NCBI GenBank assembly: GCA_964474435.1
Contig: CAYYSI010000001.1
Span: 190,647 to 254,646 of the forward strand
DNA length: 64,000 nucleotides
Source of the DNA: an uncultured Candidatus Saccharibacteria bacterium
GTDB taxonomy: Bacteria > Patescibacteriota > Minisyncoccia > Phycocordibacterales > UBA9973
Direction of reading: 5' to 3'
Shown here: positions 18,793 to 29,276 of the stretch, one piece after another
Position numbering within the stretch: the first letter of the stretch is position 1
Layout: every line of letters starts with the position of its first letter
Notes under the pieces: generated by a model
Databases searched by the model: none
What the model was told of the DNA's origin: nothing
What the model saw: only the letters and a program-made list of their open reading frames with translations
Program-made: the position numbers and the translations under genes

Positions 18793-19134
18793 TTACGCGG
18801 CTAAGCTTATATCTTCATTTCTCTCTCCCATTTTGACAACCCTGGATTGCCCTACTGTCTGCAACTTTTCGATATATGCATCAACTCGTTCAAATACGTG
18901 ATCTTTTTCTTGGGCCAAGAGCGGAACGAGTTTCCCTTCCTTTAATATTTCAAGCTTACGAATATATTCTTGTGCTTCCTCAGTTGTTGCAGGTATTTCA
19001 ATAGTATCGACATCATCAAGCCCTCGTAGCTCTGTAAATAACCGCAACACTTTTTCGGCCTCCAATTTCGCAGCTTCCGCCTTTTGTGCGACTTCTAGAT
19101 CTGGCTGCAATTCCCCTCTTTCCCTCGGATTCAT
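18793..19134 (-). CDS. Hypothetical acidic coiled-coil protein (113 aa)
   Basis: ORF trimmed to the first ATG downstream of the tRNA-Ile. No family recognised. Confidence 0.3.
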   Translation of the reverse strand: MNPRERGELQPDLEVAQKAEAAKLEAEKVLRLFTELRGLDDVDTIEIPATTEEAQEYIRKLEILKEGKLVPLLAQEKDHVFERVDAYIEKLQTVGQSRVVKMGERNEDISLAA

Positions 19135-19136
19135 AG

Positions 19137-19208
19137 TGCGTGTACATGGAATCGAACCATGGACCTCTGTCTTATCAGGACAGCGTTCTACCACTGAACT
19201 ATACACGC
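19137..19208 (-). tRNA. tRNA-Ile (anticodon GAT)
   Basis: Cloverleaf with a 7-bp acceptor stem (GCGTGTA/TACACGC), anticodon loop CTGATAA and TTCGATT T-loop. No encoded CCA. Confidence 0.8.
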
Positions 19209-19340
19209 GTGGTGGGATTATTATACTTATTTAGCCCAATTTTTCAAGTTGAATTAAGCCGAGAAGTACATATTGTTTTTGGAGCACTTGTCTGAGGCAA
19301 AGCCGAGTCTGCGGAAAAAATAATATGTACTTTGAGGCGA

Positions 19341-20291
19341 TTATTCAGAATCTTCAGCCTCGCCTACTTCCCCAATCTGCATCGCATCAATAATCTTATC
19401 AATCTTGCCAAGCATGATACCTTCGATATTCGAGAAGTTTTGGCGGATCCGATGATCGGTGACACGGTCTTGTGGGAAGTTGTAGGTGCGGATCTTTTCA
19501 CTACGATCTGCAGTCCCAATCTGGTTTTTGCGGTCACCTGAGTATTTTGCAGCCTCTTCTTCTTCTTTGAGTTGTTGAAGTTTGGCTGTGAGGATCATGA
19601 GTGCCTTTTCGCGGTTGGCGAGCTGGCTGCGTTCACTTGTACTGCGCACATCGATACCTGTCGGCTTGTGGATGAGTCGAACTGCCGTTTCAACTTTGTT
19701 GACGTTTTGGCCGCCCGCTCCACCCGAGCGTGAGTATTCCATATCGAGATCGACTGGGTTGATCTCAAATTTCACTTTCTTGCGGATCGGAAGGATGGCA
19801 ACTGATGCAGTGGATGTGTGGATACGTCCATTCTTTTCAGTAACAGGTACACGCTGGACACGGTGCACTCCTGTCTCAAACCGCAGAAGTCTATAGACAT
19901 CCTTGCCACGGATTTCAAGTGTATATTCATCAAGCTTTTTCACTGCCCATTTGCGAGTCTCGGCAAAGCGCTCGTACATTTCAACTAGCTGCAATGCAAA
20001 GAGTGCAGCTTCATCCCCTCCTGCCCCTGCGCGAGCTTCAAGAATGATTTCGTTTGGGAATTCTTCTTCCTCTTTTTCGCTTTCTTCGATCGCTTTGACC
20101 TGCTCTTCGATTGCACGCTGTTGTGTTTCGATTGCAGCGACTTCGTCGTGTGCCATGTCAGCCATACTTGGATCAGATTCGATCATTGCCTGGACTTCGA
20201 CGAGCTCACGCGAAAGACGCTCGTATTCACTCGCGAGGTATTGGGTCTTGGGATTCTTTTTGAGGGTTTCTATATCCATATACCTAAGCAT
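19341..20291 (-). CDS. prfA: Peptide chain release factor 1 (short form)
   Basis: GGQ motif ([17 protein letters not shown]) and a PVT tripeptide (RF1-type PxT). 316 aa. Confidence 0.85.
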   Translation of the reverse strand: MLRYMDIETLKKNPKTQYLASEYERLSRELVEVQAMIESDPSMADMAHDEVAAIETQQRAIEEQVKAIEESEKEEEEFPNEIILEARAGAGGDEAALFALQLVEMYERFAETRKWAVKKLDEYTLEIRGKDVYRLLRFETGVHRVQRVPVTEKNGRIHTSTASVAILPIRKKVKFEINPVDLDMEYSRSGGAGGQNVNKVETAVRLIHKPTGIDVRSTSERSQLANREKALMILTAKLQQLKEEEEAAKYSGDRKNQIGTADRSEKIRTYNFPQDRVTDHRIRQNFSNIEGIMLGKIDKIIDAMQIGEVGEAEDSE

Positions 20292-20327
20292 ACAAAAATC
20301 GCTCCAAAAGAGCGACTGTTGTGTGAG

Positions 20328-20579
20328 TTATTTCTTTGCTGCCGCAGCGCGCTTCTTGAAGCGGTCCACTCGTCCTGCAGTGTCGATAACCTTTTCATTA
20401 CCAGTAAAGAATGGGTGTGAAGCACTTGAGATTTCAACGCGGTAGAGGTCGTATTCTTTGCCCTTGTAAGTCCCCTTTTCGGTCGTCTTGACGGTAGAAC
20501 CAATCAAAAACTGCGCATCAGAAGAGTTGTCAACAAAGATGACGTCGCGGAAGTTCTTTGGGTGGGTGTCCTTTTTCAT
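20328..20579 (-). CDS. rpmE: 50S ribosomal protein L31
   Basis: MKKDTHPK...HPFFTG matches L31. Start trimmed to M13. Confidence 0.8.
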   Translation of the reverse strand: MKKDTHPKNFRDVIFVDNSSDAQFLIGSTVKTTEKGTYKGKEYDLYRVEISSASHPFFTGNEKVIDTAGRVDRFKKRAAAAKK

Positions 20580-20584
20580 AGGCT

Positions 20585-20720
20585 GAGAGTATAGCACAGT
20601 CTCCAAAATGCTCAAGCTGGTGGCCAGGACGAGCCGGATACCGATTTGTGAGCGTCTGGTGAACTAGGCCTAGGACCGAACAAATCGGTGTACGGCGAGA
20701 ACCGGACGCCCACGTACCTT
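20585..20720 (-). ncRNA. Candidate structured RNA or 5' leader (GC-rich, multiple internal stems) upstream of rpmE
   Basis: ~57% GC segment in a ~42% GC context. Nested inverted repeats (ACCGATTTGT/ACAAATCGGT, CTAGGCCTAGG). No ORF. Confidence 0.3.
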
Positions 20721-20722
20721 AT

Positions 20723-22093
20723 TTACCTTCTCGAAACACCATACTGGTTGAGGTAGTCAATATCTGCCTGAACAGTACGAGCCAGTGCCATTACAGAGTT
20801 ACCATAGAAACTATTGAGTGGCTTCTTGCCATCACATGAGCGGCCTGAATAGTAGCGGCATGCAGCGTTTCGCTCAGCTGCTTCGCCTCCTGTGGCCCCA
20901 TTTGCCTTCATGAGCATACCTGTCGCCATGATCGCATCACGCGCAATCCATGGATTTGCACTACTCTTGCCGAGCGCTGCAGCAACCTTGCCTTGGTACA
21001 TTTCCCAAGTTGACGGAATGAACTGTGAAGGACCCATCGCTCCACCATAACCACCTCCATACGGACATGAGACTGGGGTGGTATCAATATTGAGCCCAAG
21101 CGCTGTCGTAATGCGTTTGAACGCTGGTTGATCACGTGTTGGGTGCATAACATTTACCCAGCTCTTTGATGGCGGATCCCCTGCACGGTTACAAGTACCG
21201 ACGTTTGCTCCGAGATTTGATTCTTGGGTCAAGATAGCGAGGATGAGTGCTGGGCGCACACCAGTTGCAGCAGAAGCATCCTTTGCATACATATACGCGT
21301 CCTTGAACTGGATCGCCTTGGTGTTACCTCCCGCGAAGCTAAAGAGTTTGCTTTCGATTGCAGAGACCTTTTTCTGCTGCTCGGCTACTGTTGATGCAAC
21401 ACGCTGTTCTTCAGTTTTACTTGTATCGAGGAGTACTTTTGCTTCCTTTTGGGTTGCGGCGAGTTTACTCTTTTCGCTCTCAAGTGCATTTTTTGCATCC
21501 TTTGCCTGCTCTTGTTTGTCTTCGAGTGTTTCCTTTTGATCTTCGGTCAAACCTTTGATCTCTTTGATATGGTTGACTGATGCATAGAGCGACTGCTTCA
21601 CGGCAAGGAAGTCATCGAGGTCTTGATAAAAGTCCGTGACTGATTGCGCAGACAACACGACATAGGCCGCACCTTTTTGGTCGAGCTCGTTGGTGCGCTT
21701 CACGAGTTGTGCCAGTGAGTCATGTTCACGATCGAGCTCTCCTGAAAGGCTCATGATGGCTTTTTGCTTTTCACCGATTTCTTTGGAGAGTTTGCCAATA
21801 GAAGCGATCTTGTCCTTGAGTTTAGTCTGGGTCGTATTTATTTGAGAGATGATCTTGTTGACGTTGGATTGGAGTGTGCCACTCTTTGATTTCTGGGCGG
21901 CAAGCTGGCCTTGGAGTACTTTGAGCTTGGCAGTTTCTTCGGCATAGTCACGACATGCTTGTGCAATGTCTTCGGAGCTCGGATTTGCACAGACTGCAGG
22001 CTGAGTATCGGCAGCAGTTGCCGTAAGGTATCGCACTCCTGATACGAGTACTACGACAGCAACAAGGACTGGAACTATGTATTTGATACGCAT
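20723..22093 (-). CDS. Secreted coiled-coil protein with a C-terminal lysozyme-like/transglycosylase-like domain (peptidoglycan hydrolase candidate)
   Basis: Signal/TM N-terminus, a long coiled coil, and a C-terminal segment ILTQESNLG...GPSQFIPSTWEMY. Confidence 0.5.
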   Translation of the reverse strand: MRIKYIVPVLVAVVVLVSGVRYLTATAADTQPAVCANPSSEDIAQACRDYAEETAKLKVLQGQLAAQKSKSGTLQSNVNKIISQINTTQTKLKDKIASIGKLSKEIGEKQKAIMSLSGELDREHDSLAQLVKRTNELDQKGAAYVVLSAQSVTDFYQDLDDFLAVKQSLYASVNHIKEIKGLTEDQKETLEDKQEQAKDAKNALESEKSKLAATQKEAKVLLDTSKTEEQRVASTVAEQQKKVSAIESKLFSFAGGNTKAIQFKDAYMYAKDASAATGVRPALILAILTQESNLGANVGTCNRAGDPPSKSWVNVMHPTRDQPAFKRITTALGLNIDTTPVSCPYGGGYGGAMGPSQFIPSTWEMYQGKVAAALGKSSANPWIARDAIMATGMLMKANGATGGEAAERNAACRYYSGRSCDGKKPLNSFYGNSVMALARTVQADIDYLNQYGVSRR

Positions 22094-22174
22094 AACAATA
22101 AGACTCCTAGTATACCAGGAGTCTTACATGCAAATCTATTGATTTCTAAAAGTTTTGTTGTGTGTTTCTGTAGA

Positions 22175-22831
22175 TTACTCTGCAGCAGCGTCACCATCCT
22201 CTTCTTTCTTACCTTTTTCTTCTACTTGGATTGCGTCAAAGTCGATTGCAGCTGGCGCTTCTTCTACTTCTTCTTTGAATGCTGCGATGAGTGCAACTAC
22301 TTCTTCGCCGTCAGTGATCATTGTCACACCCTTTGGAAGCTTGATGTCTTTGACGTGGATTTGTGCATCAACTTCTCCAAGTGGGGTAACGTCAACTTCA
22401 AAGTTGTGTGGCAGTTCTGCAGGAAGCGCACGAACCTGTACTTCGTGAAGCACCTTCACCAGTGTTCCAAGGTTGCCCTTTTCTGCTTCTGCAAGACCAA
22501 TGAATTCGATCGGTACTGCGACTTCGATCTCCTTTTTCATGTCGATGACGAGGAAGTCCACATGTGTTGGGATGTTGCGGATCGGGTCATGCTGCATATC
22601 GTGGATAAGGGTTGTGACCTTTTCACCTCCGAAATCAAGTGCAACAGTTCCTGTTTCCCCTGCTTCCTTCCATACCTTTACGAAATCCTTCATTGGGACC
22701 GCGATAGACACGGCGTCCTTGCCCATACCGTAGTAGACGGCTGGGATTTTGTCCTCTGCACGCAATATTGCAGGGGTTTCTGTTGTTCTCTTGGTTGCAG
22801 CTAATGTAATCATAGTGGCAGTACTATACAC
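22175..22831 (-). CDS. rplY: 50S ribosomal protein L25 / general stress protein Ctc
   Basis: L25/Ctc-like N-terminal domain and an acidic C-terminal tail. Confidence 0.75.
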   Translation of the reverse strand: MYSTATMITLAATKRTTETPAILRAEDKIPAVYYGMGKDAVSIAVPMKDFVKVWKEAGETGTVALDFGGEKVTTLIHDMQHDPIRNIPTHVDFLVIDMKKEIEVAVPIEFIGLAEAEKGNLGTLVKVLHEVQVRALPAELPHNFEVDVTPLGEVDAQIHVKDIKLPKGVTMITDGEEVVALIAAFKEEVEEAPAAIDFDAIQVEEKGKKEEDGDAAAE

Positions 22832-22907
22832 AAAAAGACCTTACTTGTAAAATACTAGATACTTGACATATATTAATATCAGTGTTATTTTTGATAAAAA
22901 TAACTTT

Positions 22908-23114
22908 ATGAAGAAAATAACAGTTTTCTACATGTATCGCACAACCCCGAGTACAGTAGGTGAATTTAAGAGCGGGCATAAAGTCTTGGACTATGAAGGT
23001 CTGCTCGATGAGAAAAAAGTTACTGAACTTAAAAGTGAAGTTACAAAATTCCTTCGCAGTGACAAGCATGAAAGTAAATTCAATATTCATGTAACAGGAA
23101 TGTTACCTTTGTAA
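22908..23114 (+). CDS. Small hypothetical protein (68 aa)
   Basis: ORF followed by a strong terminator. Start chosen at MKKITVF. Confidence 0.3.
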   Translation: MKKITVFYMYRTTPSTVGEFKSGHKVLDYEGLLDEKKVTELKSEVTKFLRSDKHESKFNIHVTGMLPL

Positions 23115-23128
23115 AACACAAAAATAAT

Positions 23129-23160
23129 AAATCATGAGAGCTGCATTAAAAAATGCAGCT
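23129..23160. terminator. Bidirectional rho-independent terminator
   Basis: AGCTGCATT / AATGCAGCT stem with A-run and T-run flanks. Confidence 0.7.
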
Positions 23161-23164
23161 TTTC

Positions 23165-24838
23165 TTATTTCTTACTCGCCTCCCCATAATCCCCCTTACT
23201 CAAATATTTCGCAATATCATCTTTCGTAACTCCCACTTTCTTATGTGGGTTGAATATATAGAGCGGATCAAAGAGTTCTTTGGTTTGCTCAAAGAGTCCG
23301 ATGACAATTGAGCCGTATTGCTTTTCGAGGTATGGCGAGCGGATTATGCCATCATTGTGCTCGGCAGTGATCGAGCCTTTGTATTCCAAAACCAAGTCAT
23401 ACACTTCATCAGAGAGTGTGAGAATGATATCGCGAGTGCGTGGATCGGTAAGCTTCATGAGTGGAATGATATGGAAGTTGCCATCGCCCGGATGTCCTGC
23501 AACTGTGTACGTGAGATCATATTTTTTCAAAATCGTATCAAGCTTGGGCAAGAACTCTGGCAAATACTCGGGCTTCACCACGAAGTCATCGATGAATGGC
23601 GCAGTGTGTTTGCCTTGCACATGTTTGCGGAGCAGATTGAAGCTCTCGTGACGTACATCCCAATACTTTGATTCTTCTGCTTCGGAGTGTGTCACATGGG
23701 TCAGCACATGGAACTGATCTTTGAGTGCACGAGAAAGTGATGTTGCCTTTTGCTGGATCACTTCATGATCATCCCCTGCAAATTCAATAAGCAAAATCAT
23801 TTTTGGAATGCCGCCTGCGAGCGTCATGAAAAATTCGGGGATGAACGAAAACATAAATTTCATCATGCCGATGATTTTTTTCTTTTTCAAAAAGTCTCCA
23901 AAGAATTTCACTGCCACCTTGAGTGTGTTGTCATCATAGCTTTCGATACTCTCTGGGTGTTGTGCAAGTGCGACGTTCACAATACGCCCGATGTCTTGCA
24001 TGTCCTTGAGGAATACAACACAGAGTGTTGAGAATTTCTTTACTGGTACGAGACCAAACGTGATCTCAGTCACAATACCAAGTGTCCCCTGACTTCCCAC
24101 GATGAGTTTGCACAGGTCAAATGTTTCAGTTGTCGCATCCCATACATTCCACAAATAATATCCGGCACTATTTTTAGATACGTCGGGTTTTGCAAGCGTG
24201 ATCGTCTTTTGGTTGTCAGTGATGAGCTTATAGAGCTCGCGATACATGTCTGCCTCAAATCCGACTTCGGCGATCTTACCCATGAGTTCTTTGCGTGTCA
24301 GCGGTCGCACGACGTATTCGTATCCATCTCTGAACACTACTTTGAGCTCCTTTATATAGTTCTCAGTTTTTCCATACTGAATAGATTTCTCTCCGCCTGA
24401 GTTGTTGGCAACCATGCCGCCCACTGTGCAGATCTCACGTGATGCAGTGTATGCAGGCATGATGAGTCCGACTTTTTTTGTTTTAGTATCAAAATCTCGA
24501 TAGTACGTACCTGGCAGCACTCGGGCCCATGCACCTTCAGCATTAACCTCGAGTGTGCCCGCCATGTAGCGCGTCGTATCCATAATGATGCTCTCTCCAA
24601 GCGCACCTCCTGACATGTCCGTCCCTGCAGCACGCATTGTTATAGATAATGATGGATCATTTTTCTTTTGTTCTGCCACATACTTCACCACTGCTTGGAT
24701 ATCGGCACTATCTTTCGGGAATACTACAACCTGCGGCCGCATCTCAAAGAGTGATGCATCGCGCGAAGCCTTATCAAGTGCCGCACTACTCGTATCGACA
24801 TCTCCTTTGATTATTTTTTTGAGGTCTTCTGCAAGCAT
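23165..24838 (-). CDS. FAD-linked oxidase (D-lactate dehydrogenase / GlcD-like)
   Basis: N-terminal FAD_binding_4-like segment (MRAAGTDMSGGALG) and a C-terminal oxidase domain. 557 aa. Confidence 0.75.
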   Translation of the reverse strand: MLAEDLKKIIKGDVDTSSAALDKASRDASLFEMRPQVVVFPKDSADIQAVVKYVAEQKKNDPSLSITMRAAGTDMSGGALGESIIMDTTRYMAGTLEVNAEGAWARVLPGTYYRDFDTKTKKVGLIMPAYTASREICTVGGMVANNSGGEKSIQYGKTENYIKELKVVFRDGYEYVVRPLTRKELMGKIAEVGFEADMYRELYKLITDNQKTITLAKPDVSKNSAGYYLWNVWDATTETFDLCKLIVGSQGTLGIVTEITFGLVPVKKFSTLCVVFLKDMQDIGRIVNVALAQHPESIESYDDNTLKVAVKFFGDFLKKKKIIGMMKFMFSFIPEFFMTLAGGIPKMILLIEFAGDDHEVIQQKATSLSRALKDQFHVLTHVTHSEAEESKYWDVRHESFNLLRKHVQGKHTAPFIDDFVVKPEYLPEFLPKLDTILKKYDLTYTVAGHPGDGNFHIIPLMKLTDPRTRDIILTLSDEVYDLVLEYKGSITAEHNDGIIRSPYLEKQYGSIVIGLFEQTKELFDPLYIFNPHKKVGVTKDDIAKYLSKGDYGEASKK

Positions 24839-24846
24839 GCTAAATA

Positions 24847-25716
24847 TTATTTCATTCTATTAAAAATCTTGAGCTTCTCGGTAACGACTGCCTCCATCGC
24901 AAGCGATGCATTGGTGCCGTATTTGTATGGTGCGATGTCATCAGGGTTTTTCTGCATATAATCCTTGAGTGCTTGTGTGTATGCACGACGGAGTTCAGTG
25001 TTCACATGAATGATCGAAATGCCAGCTTCTATAGCTGCATCAAAGTCTGCGTCTTCGCCACTGCCACCATGGAGTACGAGTGGAGTATTGGGAAGTGTTG
25101 CCGCAATATTTCGGATGCATTCGATATCAAGTCGTGGCTTTGCGGCATTGCGGAGCATGCCATGGAAGTTGCCAACTGCAGGAGCGAGCATGTCTGCGCC
25201 AGTTGCTTCAATAAAGCTTTTTGCTTCATCAGTACTCGTCGTCACTGCCACACCTTCGGGGATCTCGTCGCGCATCTTTGAACCTTCACCGATGTATCCG
25301 AGCTCGATCTCGACAGTAATATCGCGACCGGTCATTGTCGACATAGATCGCGCGTATTCGACACATTGTTTGCACACATCAATATTTTCTTGGATCGGGT
25401 GTGCTGCGCCATCGTAGATCACACTATCAAAACCTGCATCAATCGCGTCTTTGACGGTTGCGAAACTGTAGTGATGATCGGCGTTCAGATATATCTCGAT
25501 CCCCCAGTGTTCGCGAATCGTCTTGACCAATGCAACTGCTTGATGTGTTCCGACTGCTTCCTGTTCACCTTCGGACAGTCCGACGATGACTGGGACGTTC
25601 AGGGTCTTGGCAGCGCGAGCGATAGCATAGAGACCTTCGATGTTGGAGAAGTTGAAGTGGCCGACAGCTTTTTTGTCGCGACGTGCCTCAGTCACTACTT
25701 CCCGAAGGGTTTTCAT
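24847..25716 (-). CDS. fba: Class II fructose-bisphosphate aldolase family protein
   Basis: VLHGGSG and other class II aldolase segments. 289 aa. Confidence 0.75.
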   Translation of the reverse strand: MKTLREVVTEARRDKKAVGHFNFSNIEGLYAIARAAKTLNVPVIVGLSEGEQEAVGTHQAVALVKTIREHWGIEIYLNADHHYSFATVKDAIDAGFDSVIYDGAAHPIQENIDVCKQCVEYARSMSTMTGRDITVEIELGYIGEGSKMRDEIPEGVAVTTSTDEAKSFIEATGADMLAPAVGNFHGMLRNAAKPRLDIECIRNIAATLPNTPLVLHGGSGEDADFDAAIEAGISIIHVNTELRRAYTQALKDYMQKNPDDIAPYKYGTNASLAMEAVVTEKLKIFNRMK

Positions 25717-25784
25717 GGGTAAATTGTAGCATAAAAAAATGGACCAGTTTTTAACTGATCCATCGATTGTGTAATTTCTTTTAC

Positions 25785-26150
25785 TTAGAATGACATTAAT
25801 TTTGCTCTTTTGTACGTGCTGGTTTTGCTACTATAATTTGGAATAACCTCCTCAATTACAATAGTATCTTTACCATACCTATTGGTTTCTGTAACTCTCC
25901 AGTCAGACGCCTTGCCCATCGTACCATCATAGTATTGATAGACCCAAACATCTTGTCCTTCTCTAAGTTTACTTAGCGTTCCTTTTCTAACCTTAACTTC
26001 CATCATTTTACGAACGATTTCACTCTTATCATTTATCCGCATAACCTGATATGTGTCGTACATTTGTACCATACAGGTAGTATCACCAGAAGATGAGCTA
26101 CATGAAGAAATTGCTACTGCGAAAAACAAAATAATAATTACATTTTTCAT
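25785..26150 (-). CDS. Hypothetical lipoprotein
   Basis: Signal peptide with a lipobox-like AISSC. Confidence 0.45.
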   Translation of the reverse strand: MKNVIIILFFAVAISSCSSSSGDTTCMVQMYDTYQVMRINDKSEIVRKMMEVKVRKGTLSKLREGQDVWVYQYYDGTMGKASDWRVTETNRYGKDTIVIEEVIPNYSSKTSTYKRAKLMSF

Positions 26151-26257
26151 TATCGTTTGATTTAGTTGTTTACAAAGAATTTATACTATAATAATAGCAC
26201 ATATTATATGAAAAGTCAATATGCGATAAACCCTTCATTTTCCTATATAATTATCGA

Positions 26258-27250
26258 ATGGAAAACCAGATAGACTTCCTCGCCATCGGGGACATTGTGA
26301 CTGACGCCTTTATTAAACTCAAAGACGCAGAAGCCACCTGCGACCTCGATCATGCCAACTGTAAACTTTGCGTGCGCTTTGGTGACAAGGTTCCATATGA
26401 ATCAATGACTGAGCTTCGCGCTGTGGGCAACTCTGCAAACGCAGCAGTCGCAGCGGCACGACTTGGAGTAAAAAGTTCACTTCTCTCTCACCTGGGCAAA
26501 GACCTCAATGGAGAAAATTGCATTGCCGAGCTCAAGAAAAATAATGTCGACACCCACTACGTCTACGCGCACGAAGGCATGAAGACCAACTATCACTACG
26601 TCCTCTGGTATGACGTCGAACGCACGATCCTGATCAAACACGAGGCGTACCCAGTGCTCATGCCCAACATTCCAACTCCTCCCAAAATGCTCTATCTCTC
26701 CTCTCTCGGCGACCACACCGAGAAATACCATGGAGAAATCGCCGACTACATCAAGGCGCATCCTGATATGAAGGTTGTATTCCAGCCAGGGACATTTCAG
26801 ATGAAGCTCGGCACAGAGGTATTGAAAGATATTTATGCGAACACCTATGCATTCTTTTGCAACCTCGAAGAAGCGAAACGCATATTAACTACTGATGAAC
26901 ATGAGATCCCGATGCTCATCAAGGCGCTCCACAAGCTTGGACCAAAGATCGTCGTCATCACAGACGGTATGAATGGTGCGTATGCCTCTGACGGCGTGGA
27001 AGCATGGTTTATGCCGGTGTATCCACATGACGCGTATGAACGCACGGGTGCAGGAGATGCATTTGCGTCGACTGTGTCTGTGGCACTACTTATGGGCAAG
27101 ACGCTCCAAGAAGCGCTCATGTGGGGACCGATCAACTCAATGTCAGTTGTGCAGTACGTCGGTGCTCAAGAAGGACTGCTCTCTCCCGACAAGATCGAAA
27201 AGTATATATCAGAAGCTCCGAGCAATTACGCTCCGCAGCCGTTGTTTTAA
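26258..27250 (+). CDS. PfkB-family carbohydrate kinase
   Basis: N-terminal GD/GG-like motif (AIGDIVTDAF) and C-terminal GAGDAFAS. Confidence 0.8.
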   Translation: MENQIDFLAIGDIVTDAFIKLKDAEATCDLDHANCKLCVRFGDKVPYESMTELRAVGNSANAAVAAARLGVKSSLLSHLGKDLNGENCIAELKKNNVDTHYVYAHEGMKTNYHYVLWYDVERTILIKHEAYPVLMPNIPTPPKMLYLSSLGDHTEKYHGEIADYIKAHPDMKVVFQPGTFQMKLGTEVLKDIYANTYAFFCNLEEAKRILTTDEHEIPMLIKALHKLGPKIVVITDGMNGAYASDGVEAWFMPVYPHDAYERTGAGDAFASTVSVALLMGKTLQEALMWGPINSMSVVQYVGAQEGLLSPDKIEKYISEAPSNYAPQPLF

Positions 27251-27252
27251 AT

Positions 27253-27789
27253 ATGGAAAACGAAAAAATTTGGTTTAATAAGGACTTAAGAGATGCCGAA
27301 AACGCCCCTGACCAAAACGAAAAGATAGAAAAGAAAAAAGGTGCATTAAAAGAACTTATTACTGACAGTATTGGAGAATACGAGGGTATGCATGGAAATG
27401 CAGAGGAAGTTCTTATAAAAACACAACTATTGAAAGATCAGATAGAAAATCTTGATAACGATTTTCATGTATCAGTAGATTCAAAACCACCACAAAGACA
27501 ACGATTTGAGGAAAAGAAAACTCAATTTATCACCTCAATGTCTGATCTTAATCAAAAGATTAAAAATCTTTCAGAATTTAATCCTTCTATACAATCTCAG
27601 ATGATTAAATTTGATAGAGTTTCTAATGTAGTAATAAAATTTTTGGGCTCAATTCTCAAAGAAGGAGACATCAACCAAACTATGGGCCTACTCTGGGATG
27701 AAAATAAAAAAGTGCTTTTCAATACTATATCTGAAATTGAGACAATGCTAATGGCCGATAAACCATTAGCAGAAAATAATCTTAACTAA
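27253..27789 (+). CDS. Hypothetical coiled-coil protein (178 aa)
   Basis: ORF trimmed to the ATG at 27253, directly after the pfkB stop. Lys/Glu-rich. Confidence 0.4.
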   Translation: MENEKIWFNKDLRDAENAPDQNEKIEKKKGALKELITDSIGEYEGMHGNAEEVLIKTQLLKDQIENLDNDFHVSVDSKPPQRQRFEEKKTQFITSMSDLNQKIKNLSEFNPSIQSQMIKFDRVSNVVIKFLGSILKEGDINQTMGLLWDENKKVLFNTISEIETMLMADKPLAENNLN

Positions 27790-28781
27790 CCCTTCTTCTC
27801 TATCACCTTCATCACAGCAGTAGCAATCGCATCGCGACCCATGCCGTAATGTTCGATGAGCTGGTTTGGTGTACCTGACTGACCATAGACATCTCGTACT
27901 CCGATGAACTCTATTGGTACTGGAAATATTTGTGCGAGTGTTTCTGCTACAGCACTTCCAAGTCCTCCTGCGATCTGGTGCTCCTCGACAGTGACAATCG
28001 CTTTGGTTTCGCGCGCGCATGTGACCAACAAATCTTTATCAATTGGCTTGATCGTGTGGATGTTTACAACGATCGCCTTGATATGTTTCTCTGCCAAATC
28101 TTTGGCGACCTTGAGCGCGTTTGCCACAAGTCCACCTGTTGCAACGATCGTCACATGAGCGATGCCTTCTGGTCGAAAAAGTACTTGACCCTTTCCTATT
28201 TCAAACGGAGTGTCCTCGGTCGTGATGATCGGAGTCTTTTCTCGTGCGAGACGCAGATATGCAATGCGAGGATTTGCAGAGAGTGCAAGTGTCGCCTTTT
28301 TGGCCTGGATTGCGTCACAGGGCGAGATCACTGTCATACGTGGGAGTACTCGCATGAGTGCGATGTCCTCGATCGCCTGGTGGGTGCCACCGTCTGGTCC
28401 GACAGAGATGCCTGCGTGACTGCCTACCACAACAGCTGGGCGATCATTGTACGTGATAGTAGTGCGGATCTGCTCCCAATTGCGTCCAGGGCTAAACATT
28501 GCGTATGACGAAAAGAATGGATACTTCCCCATTGCTGCCATACCACTTGCTACTGTTGCAAGGTTTTGTTCGGCAACACCGATCTCAACAAAGCGTTCTG
28601 GGTATTTCGCTTTGAACAAATGCATTTGTGTAGACTCTGTGAGGTCTGCGCACAGCGCGACAATTTGTTTGTTGGTCTCCCCCGCCTGTGCCAAGCCTTC
28701 ACCAAATCCTTTACGAATAGGAATTTGCTCGACATCATCGGCAAATACTTTGGGGTTTAGTTTTAGGTCGGGATTGAGCAC
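27786..28781 (-). CDS. Transketolase, C-terminal subunit (pyrimidine-binding + C-terminal domains)
   Basis: Matches the C-terminal half of transketolase (split-gene form). Confidence 0.85.
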   Translation of the reverse strand: MLNPDLKLNPKVFADDVEQIPIRKGFGEGLAQAGETNKQIVALCADLTESTQMHLFKAKYPERFVEIGVAEQNLATVASGMAAMGKYPFFSSYAMFSPGRNWEQIRTTITYNDRPAVVVGSHAGISVGPDGGTHQAIEDIALMRVLPRMTVISPCDAIQAKKATLALSANPRIAYLRLAREKTPIITTEDTPFEIGKGQVLFRPEGIAHVTIVATGGLVANALKVAKDLAEKHIKAIVVNIHTIKPIDKDLLVTCARETKAIVTVEEHQIAGGLGSAVAETLAQIFPVPIEFIGVRDVYGQSGTPNQLIEHYGMGRDAIATAVMKVIEKKG

Positions 28782-28783
28782 GA

Positions 28784-29047
28784 TTATCGTCTCGCTTTTT
28801 CTTCTAATTTGGAGACACGAAGTGAGAGCTGGTCGAATTCTCGACGATGAATAAATTTGTCGTGGAGTTCTAGAATATCCGCTTTTGTCGCTATTGTTTT
28901 TTCAATATGGTCGATTCGTTTCGTAAATCTATCCTCAAGAGAAGAGAAGCCGTTTGCCATAGCAATAGCCAAAGTATCTACAACTGTTGCCAAGTCATCA
29001 ATTTTGTCTTCCAGTGTCTTTGGTTGTTTTTTGACCACTTTTTTCAT
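28784..29047 (-). CDS. Hypothetical protein (87 aa)
   Basis: ORF in the operon between the transketolase halves. Confidence 0.35.
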   Translation of the reverse strand: MKKVVKKQPKTLEDKIDDLATVVDTLAIAMANGFSSLEDRFTKRIDHIEKTIATKADILELHDKFIHRREFDQLSLRVSKLEEKARR

Positions 29048-29062
29048 ACCCTTAGTATACTC

Positions 29063-29275
29063 CTATTCCGATACGAGCGTAAAGCGAGGGACTATTTCGC
29101 CTTCCCATTCTACTTCATCAAAAAATAAATTCATTGGTCGAATATAAATTCGACCGCTATGAACTTGTTCGTACACAACCATATCTTCTGCTGTTTCAGA
29201 ATGTTTACCTAAAATAATGATTTTGTAATCATGTCCTTTGTAGTGTTTCCAAATTTGTCCGGGTTTTAGTTCCAT
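29063..29275 (-). CDS. DUF1653-like small protein
   Basis: GQIWKHYKGHDYKII...HSETAEDMVVYEQ...IYIRPMNLFF pattern. Confidence 0.55.
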   Translation of the reverse strand: MELKPGQIWKHYKGHDYKIIILGKHSETAEDMVVYEQVHSGRIYIRPMNLFFDEVEWEGEIVPRFTLVSE

Positions 29276-29276
29276 A

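Noticed and set aside
19903-20445. 180-aa Ser/Ala-rich plus-strand ORF
   Set aside because: Antisense to prfA and rpmE, with composition typical of an antisense shadow of a GC-richer gene.
20585-20720. SRP RNA / 6S RNA / tmRNA identity for the GC-rich segment
   Set aside because: It lacks the SRP domain IV consensus (AGGUCAGG...GGAAGG...AGCAGC), tmRNA tRNA-like ends and a tag-peptide ORF. Kept only as an unclassified structured-RNA candidate.
22139-22804. 221-aa Cys/Phe-rich plus-strand ORF
   Set aside because: Completely antisense to rplY. No start context or terminator.
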